Shown here in pieces: positions 56,172 through 64,000 of a stretch of 64,000 nucleotides of DNA. Numbering within the stretch: the stretch's first letter is position 1; each line of letters begins with the position of its first letter. The DNA is from Novosphingobium sp. (GTDB taxonomy: Bacteria > Pseudomonadota > Alphaproteobacteria > Sphingomonadales > Sphingomonadaceae), in the NCBI RefSeq assembly GCF_036820275.1, contig NZ_DAISLT010000008.1, positions 67,177 to 131,176 of the forward strand, read 5' to 3'. The notes below the pieces were generated by a model, which saw only the letters and a program-made list of their open reading frames with translations, searched no databases and was not told the DNA's origin. A program made the position numbers and the translations under genes.

Positions 56172-57998
56172 ATGCGGGGAATGAATTTGAAACGATCCGG
56201 CAGGGAGAGAATCAGCAAGGGAGCATGGCGCAGCAGCGCTGCTCTTGCCGTTCTCGCCGTCCTATCCGTCGCAGGCGCAAGCCCGGCTTTCGCCAACAGC
56301 GCCGCCGTGGAATATTTCCGCACGCGCGCAGACAATACGGCGGTCCCCTCGCTCCTCAGCCAGGACGACCGCACTTACTACAAGCAGGCTTTCGACGCGG
56401 TCGATTCCAAGGACTGGTCCACCATACAGCGCATGTTGTCGGACCGCCCGGACGGCCCGCTCCACCAGCAACTTCGCGCCGCCTATTACCTCGCCTCGGG
56501 CTCGCCCAAGATCGAGCTGCCCGCCCTTGAATCGTGGCTGGCACAGGGCACCGAGCTGCCGGGCGCCGACCAGATCAGCCGCCTCGCGCTGAAGCGCGGC
56601 GCGGCCAGCGTGCCGTCGCTGCCTTCCGAGCAGCAGTTCGCCCGCCTCCCCACCATGGTCAAGCGCGTGCGCCCCTCGACGATCAACGACGGCACGATGC
56701 CGGCGATGATCGCCAATGGCATCAACGACCGCATCAAGGCCGACGATCCTACCGGCGCACGCGTGCTGCTCGATGGCATCGACGCCGGGCTCAGCCCTTC
56801 GTCGCAGGCCGAATGGCGCCAGAAGGTGGCGTGGAGCTTCTACATCGAGAACCAGGACGCGCAGGCCTATCAGCTGGCGCAGCTGGCCGCGATGGGCGCC
56901 GGCCCGTGGGTCGGCGAGGCCTGGTGGACCGCGGGCCTCGCGGCCTGGCGCCTGGGCGACTGCGACGGCGCGGCGGATGCCTTCGACAAGACCGCAAAGT
57001 CTTCCGAAAACGCCGAGCTGACCAGTGCGGCCCATTACTGGCGCAGCCGCGCGCTGATCCGCTGCCGCAAGCCCGAGCAGGCCTCGGCCGCGCTGCGCCT
57101 CGCCGCCGCGCGGGACGAGACGCTCTATGGCATGCTCGCCGCCGAACAGCTCGGCGTGAAGCTGCCCGAGCAGCACGCCGCCGCCGACTTCACCCAGAAC
57201 GACTGGCAGGTGCTGCGCGGCAACACCAACATCCGCACCGCCGTGGAGCTGGCCGAGATCGGCAAGGACAGCCTGGCCGACGAAGTGCTGCGCCATCAGG
57301 CCCGGATCGGCACGCCCGACCAGTACGCCTCGATCACGCGCCTCGCCCGCGATCTCGGCCTGCCCTCGACCCAGCTCTGGATGGCCTACAATGCGCCGTT
57401 CGGCGGCAAGCCCGAGCCCGCAAGCCGCTTCCCGACGCCGAAGTGGACGCCGGTCGGCGGCTGGAAGGTCGATCCGGCGCTGGTCTATGCCCATGCCCTC
57501 CAGGAATCGATCTTCCAGACCAGCGTGGTGAGCCCGGCGGGTGCACGCGGCCTGATGCAGATCATGCCTGCCGCCGCCCGCGACCATGCCGGTTCGCTCG
57601 GCTACAACGGCAATGCGTCGGACCTCAACAGGCCCGAAGTGAACCTCGCCTTCGGCCAGCGTCATCTGGAAACGCTGCGCAACGATCCGGGCACGCAGGG
57701 CCTGCTGCCCAAGGTCATGGCCGCCTACAACGCCGGACCGCTGCCGGTGCGCCGGTGGAACACCGAGGTGAACTGCCAGGGCGATCCGCTGCTGTGGATC
57801 GAATCGCTGCCGTACTGGGAAACGCGCGGCTACGTGAACATAGTGCTCCGCAACTACTGGATGTACGAGCGGCAGGCGGGCGGTCAGTCGGAAAGCCGCA
57901 TGGCGCTCGTGCAGGACATGTGGCCGACCTTCCCGGGGCTCTCCGGTTCGCAGGCCGTTCGCATGTCCGCGAACGGAGCGATTGTGCGTGGCCATTGA
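56172..57998 (+). CDS. slt: soluble lytic murein transglycosylase (Slt70-like)
   Basis: It has a signal peptide and a superhelical N-terminal domain. The catalytic region is ALQESIFQTSVVSPAGARGLMQIMPAAA ... AYNAGP. Confidence 0.85.
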   Translation: MRGMNLKRSGRERISKGAWRSSAALAVLAVLSVAGASPAFANSAAVEYFRTRADNTAVPSLLSQDDRTYYKQAFDAVDSKDWSTIQRMLSDRPDGPLHQQLRAAYYLASGSPKIELPALESWLAQGTELPGADQISRLALKRGAASVPSLPSEQQFARLPTMVKRVRPSTINDGTMPAMIANGINDRIKADDPTGARVLLDGIDAGLSPSSQAEWRQKVAWSFYIENQDAQAYQLAQLAAMGAGPWVGEAWWTAGLAAWRLGDCDGAADAFDKTAKSSENAELTSAAHYWRSRALIRCRKPEQASAALRLAAARDETLYGMLAAEQLGVKLPEQHAAADFTQNDWQVLRGNTNIRTAVELAEIGKDSLADEVLRHQARIGTPDQYASITRLARDLGLPSTQLWMAYNAPFGGKPEPASRFPTPKWTPVGGWKVDPALVYAHALQESIFQTSVVSPAGARGLMQIMPAAARDHAGSLGYNGNASDLNRPEVNLAFGQRHLETLRNDPGTQGLLPKVMAAYNAGPLPVRRWNTEVNCQGDPLLWIESLPYWETRGYVNIVLRNYWMYERQAGGQSESRMALVQDMWPTFPGLSGSQAVRMSANGAIVRGH

Positions 57999-58515
57999 TC
58001 TCGAGCGTGTCTTCAAGCCGATCCAGATTGCCGTCCTGACCGTCTCGGACACCCGAGGCCCGGAGGACGATACTTCGGGCGATATTCTCGCCCAGCGCGT
58101 CGTCGATGCCGGACACGCGCTGGTCGACCGGGCGATCGAGAAGGACGACGCCGATGTGATCGCCGCCCGGCTGAATGCCTGGATCGACGATCCCAACGTG
58201 GACGCGATCGTCTCCACCGGCGGCACCGGCCTGACCGGCCGCGACGTCACCCCGGAAGCGATCGACCGGGTGAAGGAACGCGACATTCCGGGCTTCGGCG
58301 AACTGTTCCGCTGGCTATCCTACAAGACCATCGGCACCTCGACGGTGCAGTCGCGGGCCTGCGCGGCCGTCGCGCGGGGGACCTACATCTTCGCCCTGCC
58401 CGGCTCGAACGGCGCGGTGAAGGACGGCTGGGACGGCATCCTCGCCGAACAGCTCGACAGCCGCAACCGGCCCTGCAATTTCGTGGAACTGATGCCGAGG
58501 CTTCGGGAGAAGTAG
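57988..58515 (+). CDS. moaB: molybdenum cofactor biosynthesis protein B (MoaB/MogA family)
   Basis: IAVLTVSDTR, STGGTGLTGRDVTPEA and LPGSNGAV. The GTG at 57988 (or TTG at 57982) overlaps the slt 3' end. Confidence 0.85.
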   Translation: MAIDLERVFKPIQIAVLTVSDTRGPEDDTSGDILAQRVVDAGHALVDRAIEKDDADVIAARLNAWIDDPNVDAIVSTGGTGLTGRDVTPEAIDRVKERDIPGFGELFRWLSYKTIGTSTVQSRACAAVARGTYIFALPGSNGAVKDGWDGILAEQLDSRNRPCNFVELMPRLREK

Positions 58516-58565
58516 GAGTTATCCCGAGTGCCTCACGCCTCATACGTACACTAGCCACCCCACTT

Positions 58566-58647
58566 TTCGTCATTGCGAGCGTAGCGAAGCAATCCAGAGC
58601 GGCTTGAGATCGACTCTGGATTGCTTCGCTACGCTCGCAATGACGAA
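58566..58647. repeat. perfect 34-bp inverted repeat with a 14-nt loop (GTCATTGCGAGCGTAGCGAAGCAATCCAGAG family)
   Basis: ttcgtcattgcgagcgtagcgaagcaatccagag - cggcttgagatcga - ctctggattgcttcgctacgctcgcaatgacgaa. It lies between the convergent moaB and N-acetyltransferase genes. Confidence 0.85.
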
Positions 58648-58665
58648 GTTGTAGTGCGCCGACGA

Positions 58666-59508
58666 TCAGCGGAAAATCGGCAGGCGAGCGGCTTCGGCCT
58701 CGCTCAGCGCAATGCCGAACATTTCGCCCAGCAGACGCGCATATTCGGTGGCGGTCTCCACCTGCCGCACCTCGCTGGCACCGTTCCGGCTGAGCGTGAA
58801 CTGGCGGTCGCTCAGCGAGGCGAAGCCGCCTTCCAATACCACACTGGCAACGCAGGCCGTCGTGAAGCGCGTGGCCGGTCGAGTCGAGGTCCAGTGGTTG
58901 CTCAGTTCCAGATCGTCCTGCGCCACATCGGCGAGGTCGAAGACGTATTGCGGCTGCCAGTCGCCGTGCGGCGCCGCACGACCATCGGTGCCGCTAACGG
59001 GTCCGGCCCGCTCCAATCGCCATTCGCCGCCCAGCGAACCACGCTCGCCGCTGCGCTGGAGGCGGTGCCAGGCGCCGTCGCCGGTCTGGACTTGCGCGCC
59101 GTCTTCCAGCGGCAATGGCGGAACGTAGGAACCGCCGAACCCGGCATCGGCAATCCACGCCGCGCCGCCGAGATTCACCAGCAGCAGCGTATGGGTGCGC
59201 GGCGGCACTTCGCCGTCGGACAAGCCCAGCAGCACCCGCGCCAGCAAGGGCCGGTTGACCAGCCCCATGGCCAAGAGAACATCGGAAAACAGGCGGTTCT
59301 GCTCGAAGCAATAACCGCCGCGCCCGCGCAGCACGAGTTTTTCGAACACGCTCTCGCTATCGATGCGGATGCCCTCGCCCAACAGGATCGCGAGGTTCTC
59401 GAAGCCGATGGATCGTCGGTGCGCTAGCTGGAGGCTGGCCAGCCCCTCGGGCGAAAGTGCAGGCGCTTCGGAAAGGCCGATGCGGGCGAAGTAACGAGCG
59501 AGATCCAT
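58666..59508 (-). CDS. arylamine N-acetyltransferase
   Basis: MDLARYFARIGL... with the catalytic-Cys motif RGRGGYCFEQN and a later HTLLLV. The start is trimmed to the ATG at 59508. Confidence 0.85.
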   Translation of the reverse strand: MDLARYFARIGLSEAPALSPEGLASLQLAHRRSIGFENLAILLGEGIRIDSESVFEKLVLRGRGGYCFEQNRLFSDVLLAMGLVNRPLLARVLLGLSDGEVPPRTHTLLLVNLGGAAWIADAGFGGSYVPPLPLEDGAQVQTGDGAWHRLQRSGERGSLGGEWRLERAGPVSGTDGRAAPHGDWQPQYVFDLADVAQDDLELSNHWTSTRPATRFTTACVASVVLEGGFASLSDRQFTLSRNGASEVRQVETATEYARLLGEMFGIALSEAEAARLPIFR

Positions 59509-59546
59509 GCCCCGTCTCTGCACCCCGCCGGGCGCCGGGGCAAGCC

Positions 59547-59621
59547 TGTGGATAAGCTGTTCAGAAACAGGGGATGGAGGGTGGAGACTATGTGGAGAAG
59601 CGGGGGAAATCCTGTGGATCA
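59547..59621 (-). promoter_or_regulatory. cluster of three co-oriented DnaA-box-like 9-mers
   Basis: On the minus strand: TGATCCACA (59621-59613), TTCTCCACA (59599-59591) and TTATCCACA (59555-59547, a perfect match to the consensus). Spacings are 22 and 44 bp. They lie 39-113 nt upstream of the N-acetyltransferase ATG. Confidence 0.45.
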
Positions 59622-59644
59622 CCCCCGGATGCTCCGCCCTACCG

Positions 59645-60283
59645 TCAGCCCTGAACGGCCGCCATCGCCTCGTGGAAGGCCTTGATCGCCGCCACTTCGT
59701 CGCCGTTCCAGACGGCGCCCGAGACCGCGAGGAAGTCCGCACCCGCGGTGACCAGCTCGCCGCAGTTTTCCGGCGTGATCCCGCCGATGGCCACACAGGG
59801 AATCTCGAAGATCCCCTGCCACCATGTCAGCAGGTCCACCCCCGCCATGTGCTTCACCTGCTTGGTGGTGGTCGGGAAGAAAGCACCGAAGGCAACGTAG
59901 TCCGCCCCGGCCTCGCCCGCATCCATCGCCAGGTGGCGGCTGTCATGGCAGGTCACGCCGATCTGCGCATCGCGGCCGAGAGCGTTGCGGGCTTCCTCGA
60001 CCGTGCCGTCTTCCTGTCCGATATGCACACCGTCGGCGCCGAGGCGCTTGGCGAGGCTGATCGAATCGTTGACGATGAAGGCCACGCCGCGGTCGCCGCA
60101 GATCTTCTGCAAGGGCTCCGCGAGGCGCGCGGCCTCGTGCTGGTCGAGGTCCTTGACCCGGAACTGGAACGCCGCGACCGGCGCCGCGTCGAGCGCGCGC
60201 GCTAGGCGTTCGGGAAATCCGCCGGCCACTTCCAGCGGCGAGATCAGGTAGAGCTGCGTCGGTTCGCGTTCGATATCGTCCAT
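59645..60283 (-). CDS. thiE: thiamine-phosphate synthase
   Basis: 212 aa with LYLISP, VNDSISLAKRLGADGVHIGQED, GAFFPTTTK and VAIGGI. Confidence 0.9.
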   Translation of the reverse strand: MDDIEREPTQLYLISPLEVAGGFPERLARALDAAPVAAFQFRVKDLDQHEAARLAEPLQKICGDRGVAFIVNDSISLAKRLGADGVHIGQEDGTVEEARNALGRDAQIGVTCHDSRHLAMDAGEAGADYVAFGAFFPTTTKQVKHMAGVDLLTWWQGIFEIPCVAIGGITPENCGELVTAGADFLAVSGAVWNGDEVAAIKAFHEAMAAVQG

Positions 60284-60349
60284 GGCTGCCGCCCTAGAGC
60301 ATTTTCAAGTCAGGTGAAATCACCTGACGGCTCGGAAAATGCGACCTGC

Positions 60350-60379
60350 AAAGAAAAGATCGGGCGACTAGGCCCGATC
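60350..60379 (-). terminator. intrinsic terminator-like hairpin in the thiE 5' region (orphan)
   Basis: On the minus strand, gatcgggc-ctagtc-gcccgatc is followed by ttttcttt, 67 nt upstream of the thiE ATG. A second hairpin, gtcaggtg-attt-cacctgac, lies at 60309-60328. Confidence 0.5.
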
Positions 60380-60503
60380 CGTTCCATCGACGCAGGAAAA
60401 GGCTTCGTCATTCGCACAAAGGCGATAGTTAGGACGAGGTTCAGCCGCGATGCGGTTTTCTGCCGGAATCGCCGTTCGGCCAAAACAGACACGTGTGAGG
60501 ATC

Positions 60504-61085
60504 ATGAGACGACGCGCCTTATCGACCGCCCTTTCGCTCATGACCGCCCTCGTCGCGCTTTCGGCCTGCCGGATCATACCGGAAACGCCGGGTGGAGCGC
60601 CGCCCCGGCCTATCGAGGCCCCACCGCCCCCCCAACCTGACGTTCGCGGCACCGATCCTCGCACGCTGCCGCCCCAATCGCCGCCCGACGCTGCGCCGCC
60701 CACCGATTTCTACACGCCGCAATCACCTGATCCGGCCCCCACGTCCCCCGCTCCGCCGCCCGGTCCCTACAATGGCCCGCCTCTGGCCTATACCCGCATC
60801 GGGGAGACCATCTCCGTAGGTGGACCAAAAGTGACCCCCCTGGCCTTGCTGGAAGACAGCCGCTGCGCCGAGGGAACCCAGTGCGTCTGGGCCGGACGCC
60901 TGCGCGCGCGGGTCCGCGTGGACCTCGGTTCCGGCCCCCGCGAGATGGAGATGACACTGGGTCAGCCGGTGCAGGTGGCGGACGGCCAGCTCGATCTGCT
61001 GGATGCCCTGCCCCACCCCGTCGGCGGCAAGAAGCCCGCGCCGCTCGCCTACCAGTTCGGCTTCCGCTTCATGGGCGGTCTCTGA
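60504..61085 (+). CDS. Pro-rich lipoprotein, hypothetical
   Basis: MRRRALSTALSLMTALVALSAC carries a lipobox and follows GTGAGGA. A Pro-rich linker leads into a C-terminal globular part. Confidence 0.65.
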   Translation: MRRRALSTALSLMTALVALSACRIIPETPGGAPPRPIEAPPPPQPDVRGTDPRTLPPQSPPDAAPPTDFYTPQSPDPAPTSPAPPPGPYNGPPLAYTRIGETISVGGPKVTPLALLEDSRCAEGTQCVWAGRLRARVRVDLGSGPREMEMTLGQPVQVADGQLDLLDALPHPVGGKKPAPLAYQFGFRFMGGL

Positions 61086-61092
61086 GAAACGG

Positions 61093-61126
61093 GAAAGGGC
61101 GGCGCCTTGCGGCACCGCCCTTTCCT
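61093..61126. terminator. hairpin between the convergent lipoprotein and fba genes
   Basis: ggaaagggcggcgcc-ttgc-ggcaccgccctttcc has a 15-bp stem with one mismatch. The T-tracts are weak. Confidence 0.55.
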
Positions 61127-61150
61127 TCAAGCGACAGTCGCAACCGCCGA

Positions 61151-62062
61151 TCAGGCCGTCGCCGCAGCGCCCACCTTCTGGGTCGAACCCTTGAAGATCT
61201 CGTCGATCGCCTCGCCCAGCGCGGCATCGAACTCGGCATCGCTCATCTGCGCGCGCAGGTCCTGGAGCAGCGCGCGGCTGAAGCTGGCGATGATGCCCTT
61301 GTTCTTCGCCAGTTCGACGCAGGCCTCGGGACGCTCGTAGCCGCCCGAGAGCGCCACGACGCGCAGCACATTGGGATGCGCAACCAGCGGGTCGAAGGTG
61401 CCCGGCACGATCGGCAGCGAGAGCTTGAGCATGACGCGCGTGCCTTCCGGCAGCGCATCGAGGTTCTTGAGAAGCTCGGCCAGGAGCAGCGTGTCGCACT
61501 CGGCGCGCGTCTCGCTCTTGATGTTCACTTCGGGCTCGATGATCGGCATCATGCCGTGCGACAGCACCTGCTGACCGATCTCGAACTGCTGCTTCACGAC
61601 GGCGGCGATGCCCTCGGCATTGGCCGAGTGGATGACCGAGCGCTCCTTGGTGCCGTAGACGCCGAGGGCCTTCGACCGTTCGAGCAGGGCGTCGAGGGTC
61701 GGCATCGGCTTCATCAGCTGTACGCCGTTGGCCTCGTCCTCAAGACCCTTGTCGATCTTGATGAAGGGAACCACGCCCTTGGCGATCAGCGCCTGCGGAG
61801 TGGGCACGCCGGCGACTTCGCCATCCATGGTCCGCTCGAACAGGATCGCGCCGATCACCTTGTCACCGGTGAAGGCCGGCGAAGCGATGATGCGGGCGCG
61901 CATCTGGTGGATGAGACCGAACATCTCTTCTTCGGTCGACCAGGCGCCTTCCTCGATGCCGTAGCCCTTGAGCGCCTTCGGGGTCGAACCGCCGCTCTGA
62001 TCGAGCGCGGCGATAAAGCCGTTCCCGCCGGCCACCTTGGCCGTCATCTCTGAAAATTCCAT
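61151..62062 (-). CDS. fba: class I fructose-bisphosphate aldolase
   Basis: MEFSEMTAKVAGGNGFIAALDQSGGSTPKAL. The ATG at 62062 lies 7 nt after AGGAGGAG. Confidence 0.9.
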   Translation of the reverse strand: MEFSEMTAKVAGGNGFIAALDQSGGSTPKALKGYGIEEGAWSTEEEMFGLIHQMRARIIASPAFTGDKVIGAILFERTMDGEVAGVPTPQALIAKGVVPFIKIDKGLEDEANGVQLMKPMPTLDALLERSKALGVYGTKERSVIHSANAEGIAAVVKQQFEIGQQVLSHGMMPIIEPEVNIKSETRAECDTLLLAELLKNLDALPEGTRVMLKLSLPIVPGTFDPLVAHPNVLRVVALSGGYERPEACVELAKNKGIIASFSRALLQDLRAQMSDAEFDAALGEAIDEIFKGSTQKVGAAATA

Positions 62063-62144
62063 GGTTTTTCTCCTCCTAGATTGTGTGAGCAATCATGAAA
62101 CGGGCTTATTCTTCGAGGCTCCGTTTCGCAACTGCGGCAAAAGG

Positions 62145-63251
62145 CTATCCGTCCGTTGGGCGACCCGTTCCAGCGAAGAGCCGCGCATGCCTGCGGCGTC
62201 GCAGCATGTCGGACAGCAAGGTGCGGGCGGGCACGTCGATCCAACGCACGCAGAACCACGCGGTGGCGAGGCAGGCGCCGAGATAGACGAAGGCCATCAG
62301 CACTTCGTTGTAATGCAGGTCGTCCTTGAAGTAGCGCATCGGCTCGATCAGCGCCCAATGCACCGCATAGAGCGCAAAGGAGACCTCGCCCACGAACCAG
62401 GCCGCAGGCGCCAGCTTGCGCGAGGGTTCGACGCGCGAGCCGAACCAGACCAGCAGCGGCGAGATCACCAGCGTGCAGGCGAGGTCGAAATGGCTCTCCG
62501 CGATCCACTTGGGATCGGCCAGCAGCATCGCGGCGATGGCGGCCAGACAGAAGAGCCCGCCCAGCGTCGCCGGTCGATGCGCGGGCTGGCGGAGCCGGGC
62601 AATGAGCATGCCCGCGCAGAAAGAATATAGCGTCCGTGCCAAGGCCAGCGACCACTCGTGCCAGACCGCACCGATATTGCCCGAGCCGTTTTCCAGCACG
62701 GCGGGCACGAACCGCCAGGCCGAGACCGCGCAGACCGCCAGCAGCGCCAGGCGCGGCAGACGGAACAGCACGAGGATCATTACGAGATTGGCGACCAGTT
62801 CGTAGAACAGCGACCAGGCCGGAACATTGAGCGGGAACAGCGTGCCGGTCAGCGGAGACGGCAGCATGAACGCATTGATCGCCGTACTGATGACGATCGT
62901 CGGCAGCCTTAGCGAGGTATCGCCGCCGGTATAATGGCGCACCACGCCCACGGTCGTCGTCAACACGATGCCGACGAGGAACAGCGGATAGAGCCGCACG
63001 AGGCGCTTCGTCATGAAGTCCCCGGTGCCCATCCCGCCCTGCCAGCGCGGCAGGTAGCTGGTGCAGAGCACGAAGCCGGAAAGCGCGAAGAAGAAGTCCA
63101 CCGCGACATAGCCGTGCGGGGCCTGCGAGATATTGAAATGGAACAGCGCGACGGCAAGCGCGGCGATCCCGCGCATGCCGTCGAGCGTTACATAGCGGCC
63201 GTGCCAGGGCAGTTGCCGCTCAGGACGAGCGGCAGGCATCGAAGTGTTCAT
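62145..63251 (-). CDS. acyltransferase family 3 (OafA-like) membrane protein
   Basis: MNTSMPAA...TLDGMRGIAALAVALFHF...VDFFFALSGFVL. The protein is polytopic. Confidence 0.85.
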   Translation of the reverse strand: MNTSMPAARPERQLPWHGRYVTLDGMRGIAALAVALFHFNISQAPHGYVAVDFFFALSGFVLCTSYLPRWQGGMGTGDFMTKRLVRLYPLFLVGIVLTTTVGVVRHYTGGDTSLRLPTIVISTAINAFMLPSPLTGTLFPLNVPAWSLFYELVANLVMILVLFRLPRLALLAVCAVSAWRFVPAVLENGSGNIGAVWHEWSLALARTLYSFCAGMLIARLRQPAHRPATLGGLFCLAAIAAMLLADPKWIAESHFDLACTLVISPLLVWFGSRVEPSRKLAPAAWFVGEVSFALYAVHWALIEPMRYFKDDLHYNEVLMAFVYLGACLATAWFCVRWIDVPARTLLSDMLRRRRHARLFAGTGRPTDG

Positions 63252-63283
63252 GCGTGCCGCCCCTCCCCAGCGTGTCCGTCCAA

Positions 63284-64000
63284 TCAGACCGAAAGCGCAG
63301 CCACGCCGGGAAGTTCCTTGCCTTCCATCCATTCGAGGAAGGCACCGCCCGCCGTCGAGATGTACGAGAAGTCGCCCGCCACGCCTGCATGGTTGAGCGC
63401 CGCGACCGTGTCGCCGCCGCCCGCCACCGAGACCAGCGAACCTTCGCGGGTCAGCGCCGCTGCCGTCTTTGCCAGGGCAACGGTCGCCGCATCGAAGGGC
63501 ACCGTCTCGAAGGCGCCGAGCGGACCGTTCCACACGAGCGTGCGGCAGGTCTTGAGCACGTCGCTCAGCGCTTCCACCGCGAGCGGACCGACGTCGAGGA
63601 TCATCTCGTCCGCCGCCACTTCATGGACGTTGCAGGTACGCAGGCTGGGCGGATTGGCGGCGAATTCCTTCGAGACCACCACTTCGTAAGGCAGGTGCAC
63701 GGTGCAGCCCGCGGTGTCGGCGGTATCGAGGATCTCGTTCGCCGTGCCGGTGAGGTCGTGCTCGCAGAGCGACTTGCCCACGTCCACGCCCTTGGCGGCG
63801 AGGAAGGTGTTGGCCATGCCGCCGCCGATGATGAGGTGATCGACCTGGGTCACGAGGTGCTTGAGCACGTCGAGCTTCGAGGAAACCTTGGCGCCGCCGA
63901 CGACGGCCGCGACCGGCTTTTCAGGCTTGCCGAGCGCCTTGTCGAGCGCTTCCAGCTCGGCCTGCATCGAACGGCCCGCATAGGCCGGAAGCACATGTGC
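63284..64000 (-). CDS. pgk: phosphoglycerate kinase, C-terminal part (5' end lies beyond the window end)
   Basis: [33 protein letters not shown] and GGGDTVAA. The ORF stays open to the window edge. Confidence 0.95.
   Translation of the reverse strand, partial: AHVLPAYAGRSMQAELEALDKALGKPEKPVAAVVGGAKVSSKLDVLKHLVTQVDHLIIGGGMANTFLAAKGVDVGKSLCEHDLTGTANEILDTADTAGCTVHLPYEVVVSKEFAANPPSLRTCNVHEVAADEMILDVGPLAVEALSDVLKTCRTLVWNGPLGAFETVPFDAATVALAKTAAALTREGSLVSVAGGGDTVAALNHAGVAGDFSYISTAGGAFLEWMEGKELPGVAALSV

Noticed and set aside
56262-58286. 674-aa minus-strand ORF opposite slt and moaB. The same pattern applies to 33384-35516, 35420-36892, 43525-45069, 5646-6998 and 21028-22668.
   Set aside because: The reasoning is the same. 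The opposite strand carries the lytic transglycosylase, MoaB, HemA, OYE, dehydratase, POT and LepB/Rnc motifs. These frames have none.
59509-59644. Chromosomal replication origin (oriC), suggested by the DnaA boxes
   Set aside because: There are only three boxes. No AT-rich unwinding region or 13-mer-like repeats are present, and none of the usual hemE, dnaA, parAB or gidAB neighbours. The flanks are thiE and an N-acetyltransferase gene. I keep it as a DnaA-binding regulatory or titration candidate instead.
60284-60503. Expected TPP (THI-box) riboswitch upstream of thiE
   Set aside because: I compared both strands by eye with the conserved CUGAGA ... ACCUGAUCUGGAUAAUGCCAGCG core and found no match. 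Only generic hairpins are present; they are reported separately as an orphan terminator.
60310-60703. Small ORFs 60310-60492 (minus strand), 60368-60703 (minus strand) and 60314-60640 (plus strand) around the thiE/lipoprotein spacer
   Set aside because: They run through the terminator hairpins or lie antisense to the lipoprotein gene's Pro-rich region. They have no SD and no motif.
1-64000. Window-wide search for CRISPR arrays, tRNA/rRNA genes, IS elements, integrases, prophage or defence-system genes
   Set aside because: I saw no spaced direct-repeat array, no tRNA-like cloverleaf candidates in the intergenic gaps I read, and no transposase, phage or defence-type protein motifs among the ORFs. 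The only recombinase is the housekeeping xerD. A tRNAscan, Infernal and defence-finder run would be needed to make this negative result definitive.

Overview
High-GC (about 65%) chromosomal core region whose gene content and repeat families point to an alphaproteobacterium, probably Sphingomonadales (inference). I support about 58 protein-coding genes, nearly all housekeeping. I saw no rRNA, tRNA, CRISPR array, transposase, prophage or defence-type gene. The only recombinase is the core xerD.

Gene blocks, in order:
- M48 peptidase (partial), a secreted hypothetical protein and xerD.
- aroK-aroB and a POT peptide transporter.
- A 9.7-kb minus-strand propionate/methylmalonyl-CoA block: pccB, thiolase, mce, methylmalonyl-CoA mutase, bioB, pccA, thioesterase.
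- gor, pgi and lepB-rnc-era-SGNH hydrolase.
- An MFS transporter and a GT-C glycosyltransferase.
- plsY-dprA-topA plus a small ORF coupled to topA.
- murI, a hypothetical protein and hemA (ALA synthase), then an OYE flavin reductase.
- A polyamine block: ornithine decarboxylase, nspC, a DUF486 protein, a lipoprotein and carboxynorspermidine dehydrogenase.
- btaA-btaB (betaine lipid DGTS) and a serine/threonine dehydratase.
- An RNA methyltransferase, nnr, ilvD, ispE, ETF-QO, slt, moaB, an arylamine N-acetyltransferase and thiE.
- Class I fba, an acyltransferase and pgk (partial).

The very long ORFs lying antisense to these genes are typical high-GC shadow ORFs, and I reject them.

I found no convincing novel multi-gene system. 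The most interesting signals are regulatory or structural:
- A long structured leader with a strongly SD-preceded 46-codon uORF in front of the ornithine decarboxylase gene.
- Three helically phased DnaA-box-like sites between thiE and the N-acetyltransferase gene.
- A four-repeat Pho-box-like array upstream of btaAB.
- A 59-aa HTH-like ORF translationally coupled to topA.
- Uncharacterised genes embedded in the polyamine operon.
- Two families of hairpin/MITE-like repeats.
- Two orphan intrinsic terminators.

All protein calls rest on my recognition of motifs in the supplied translations. No database search was run.
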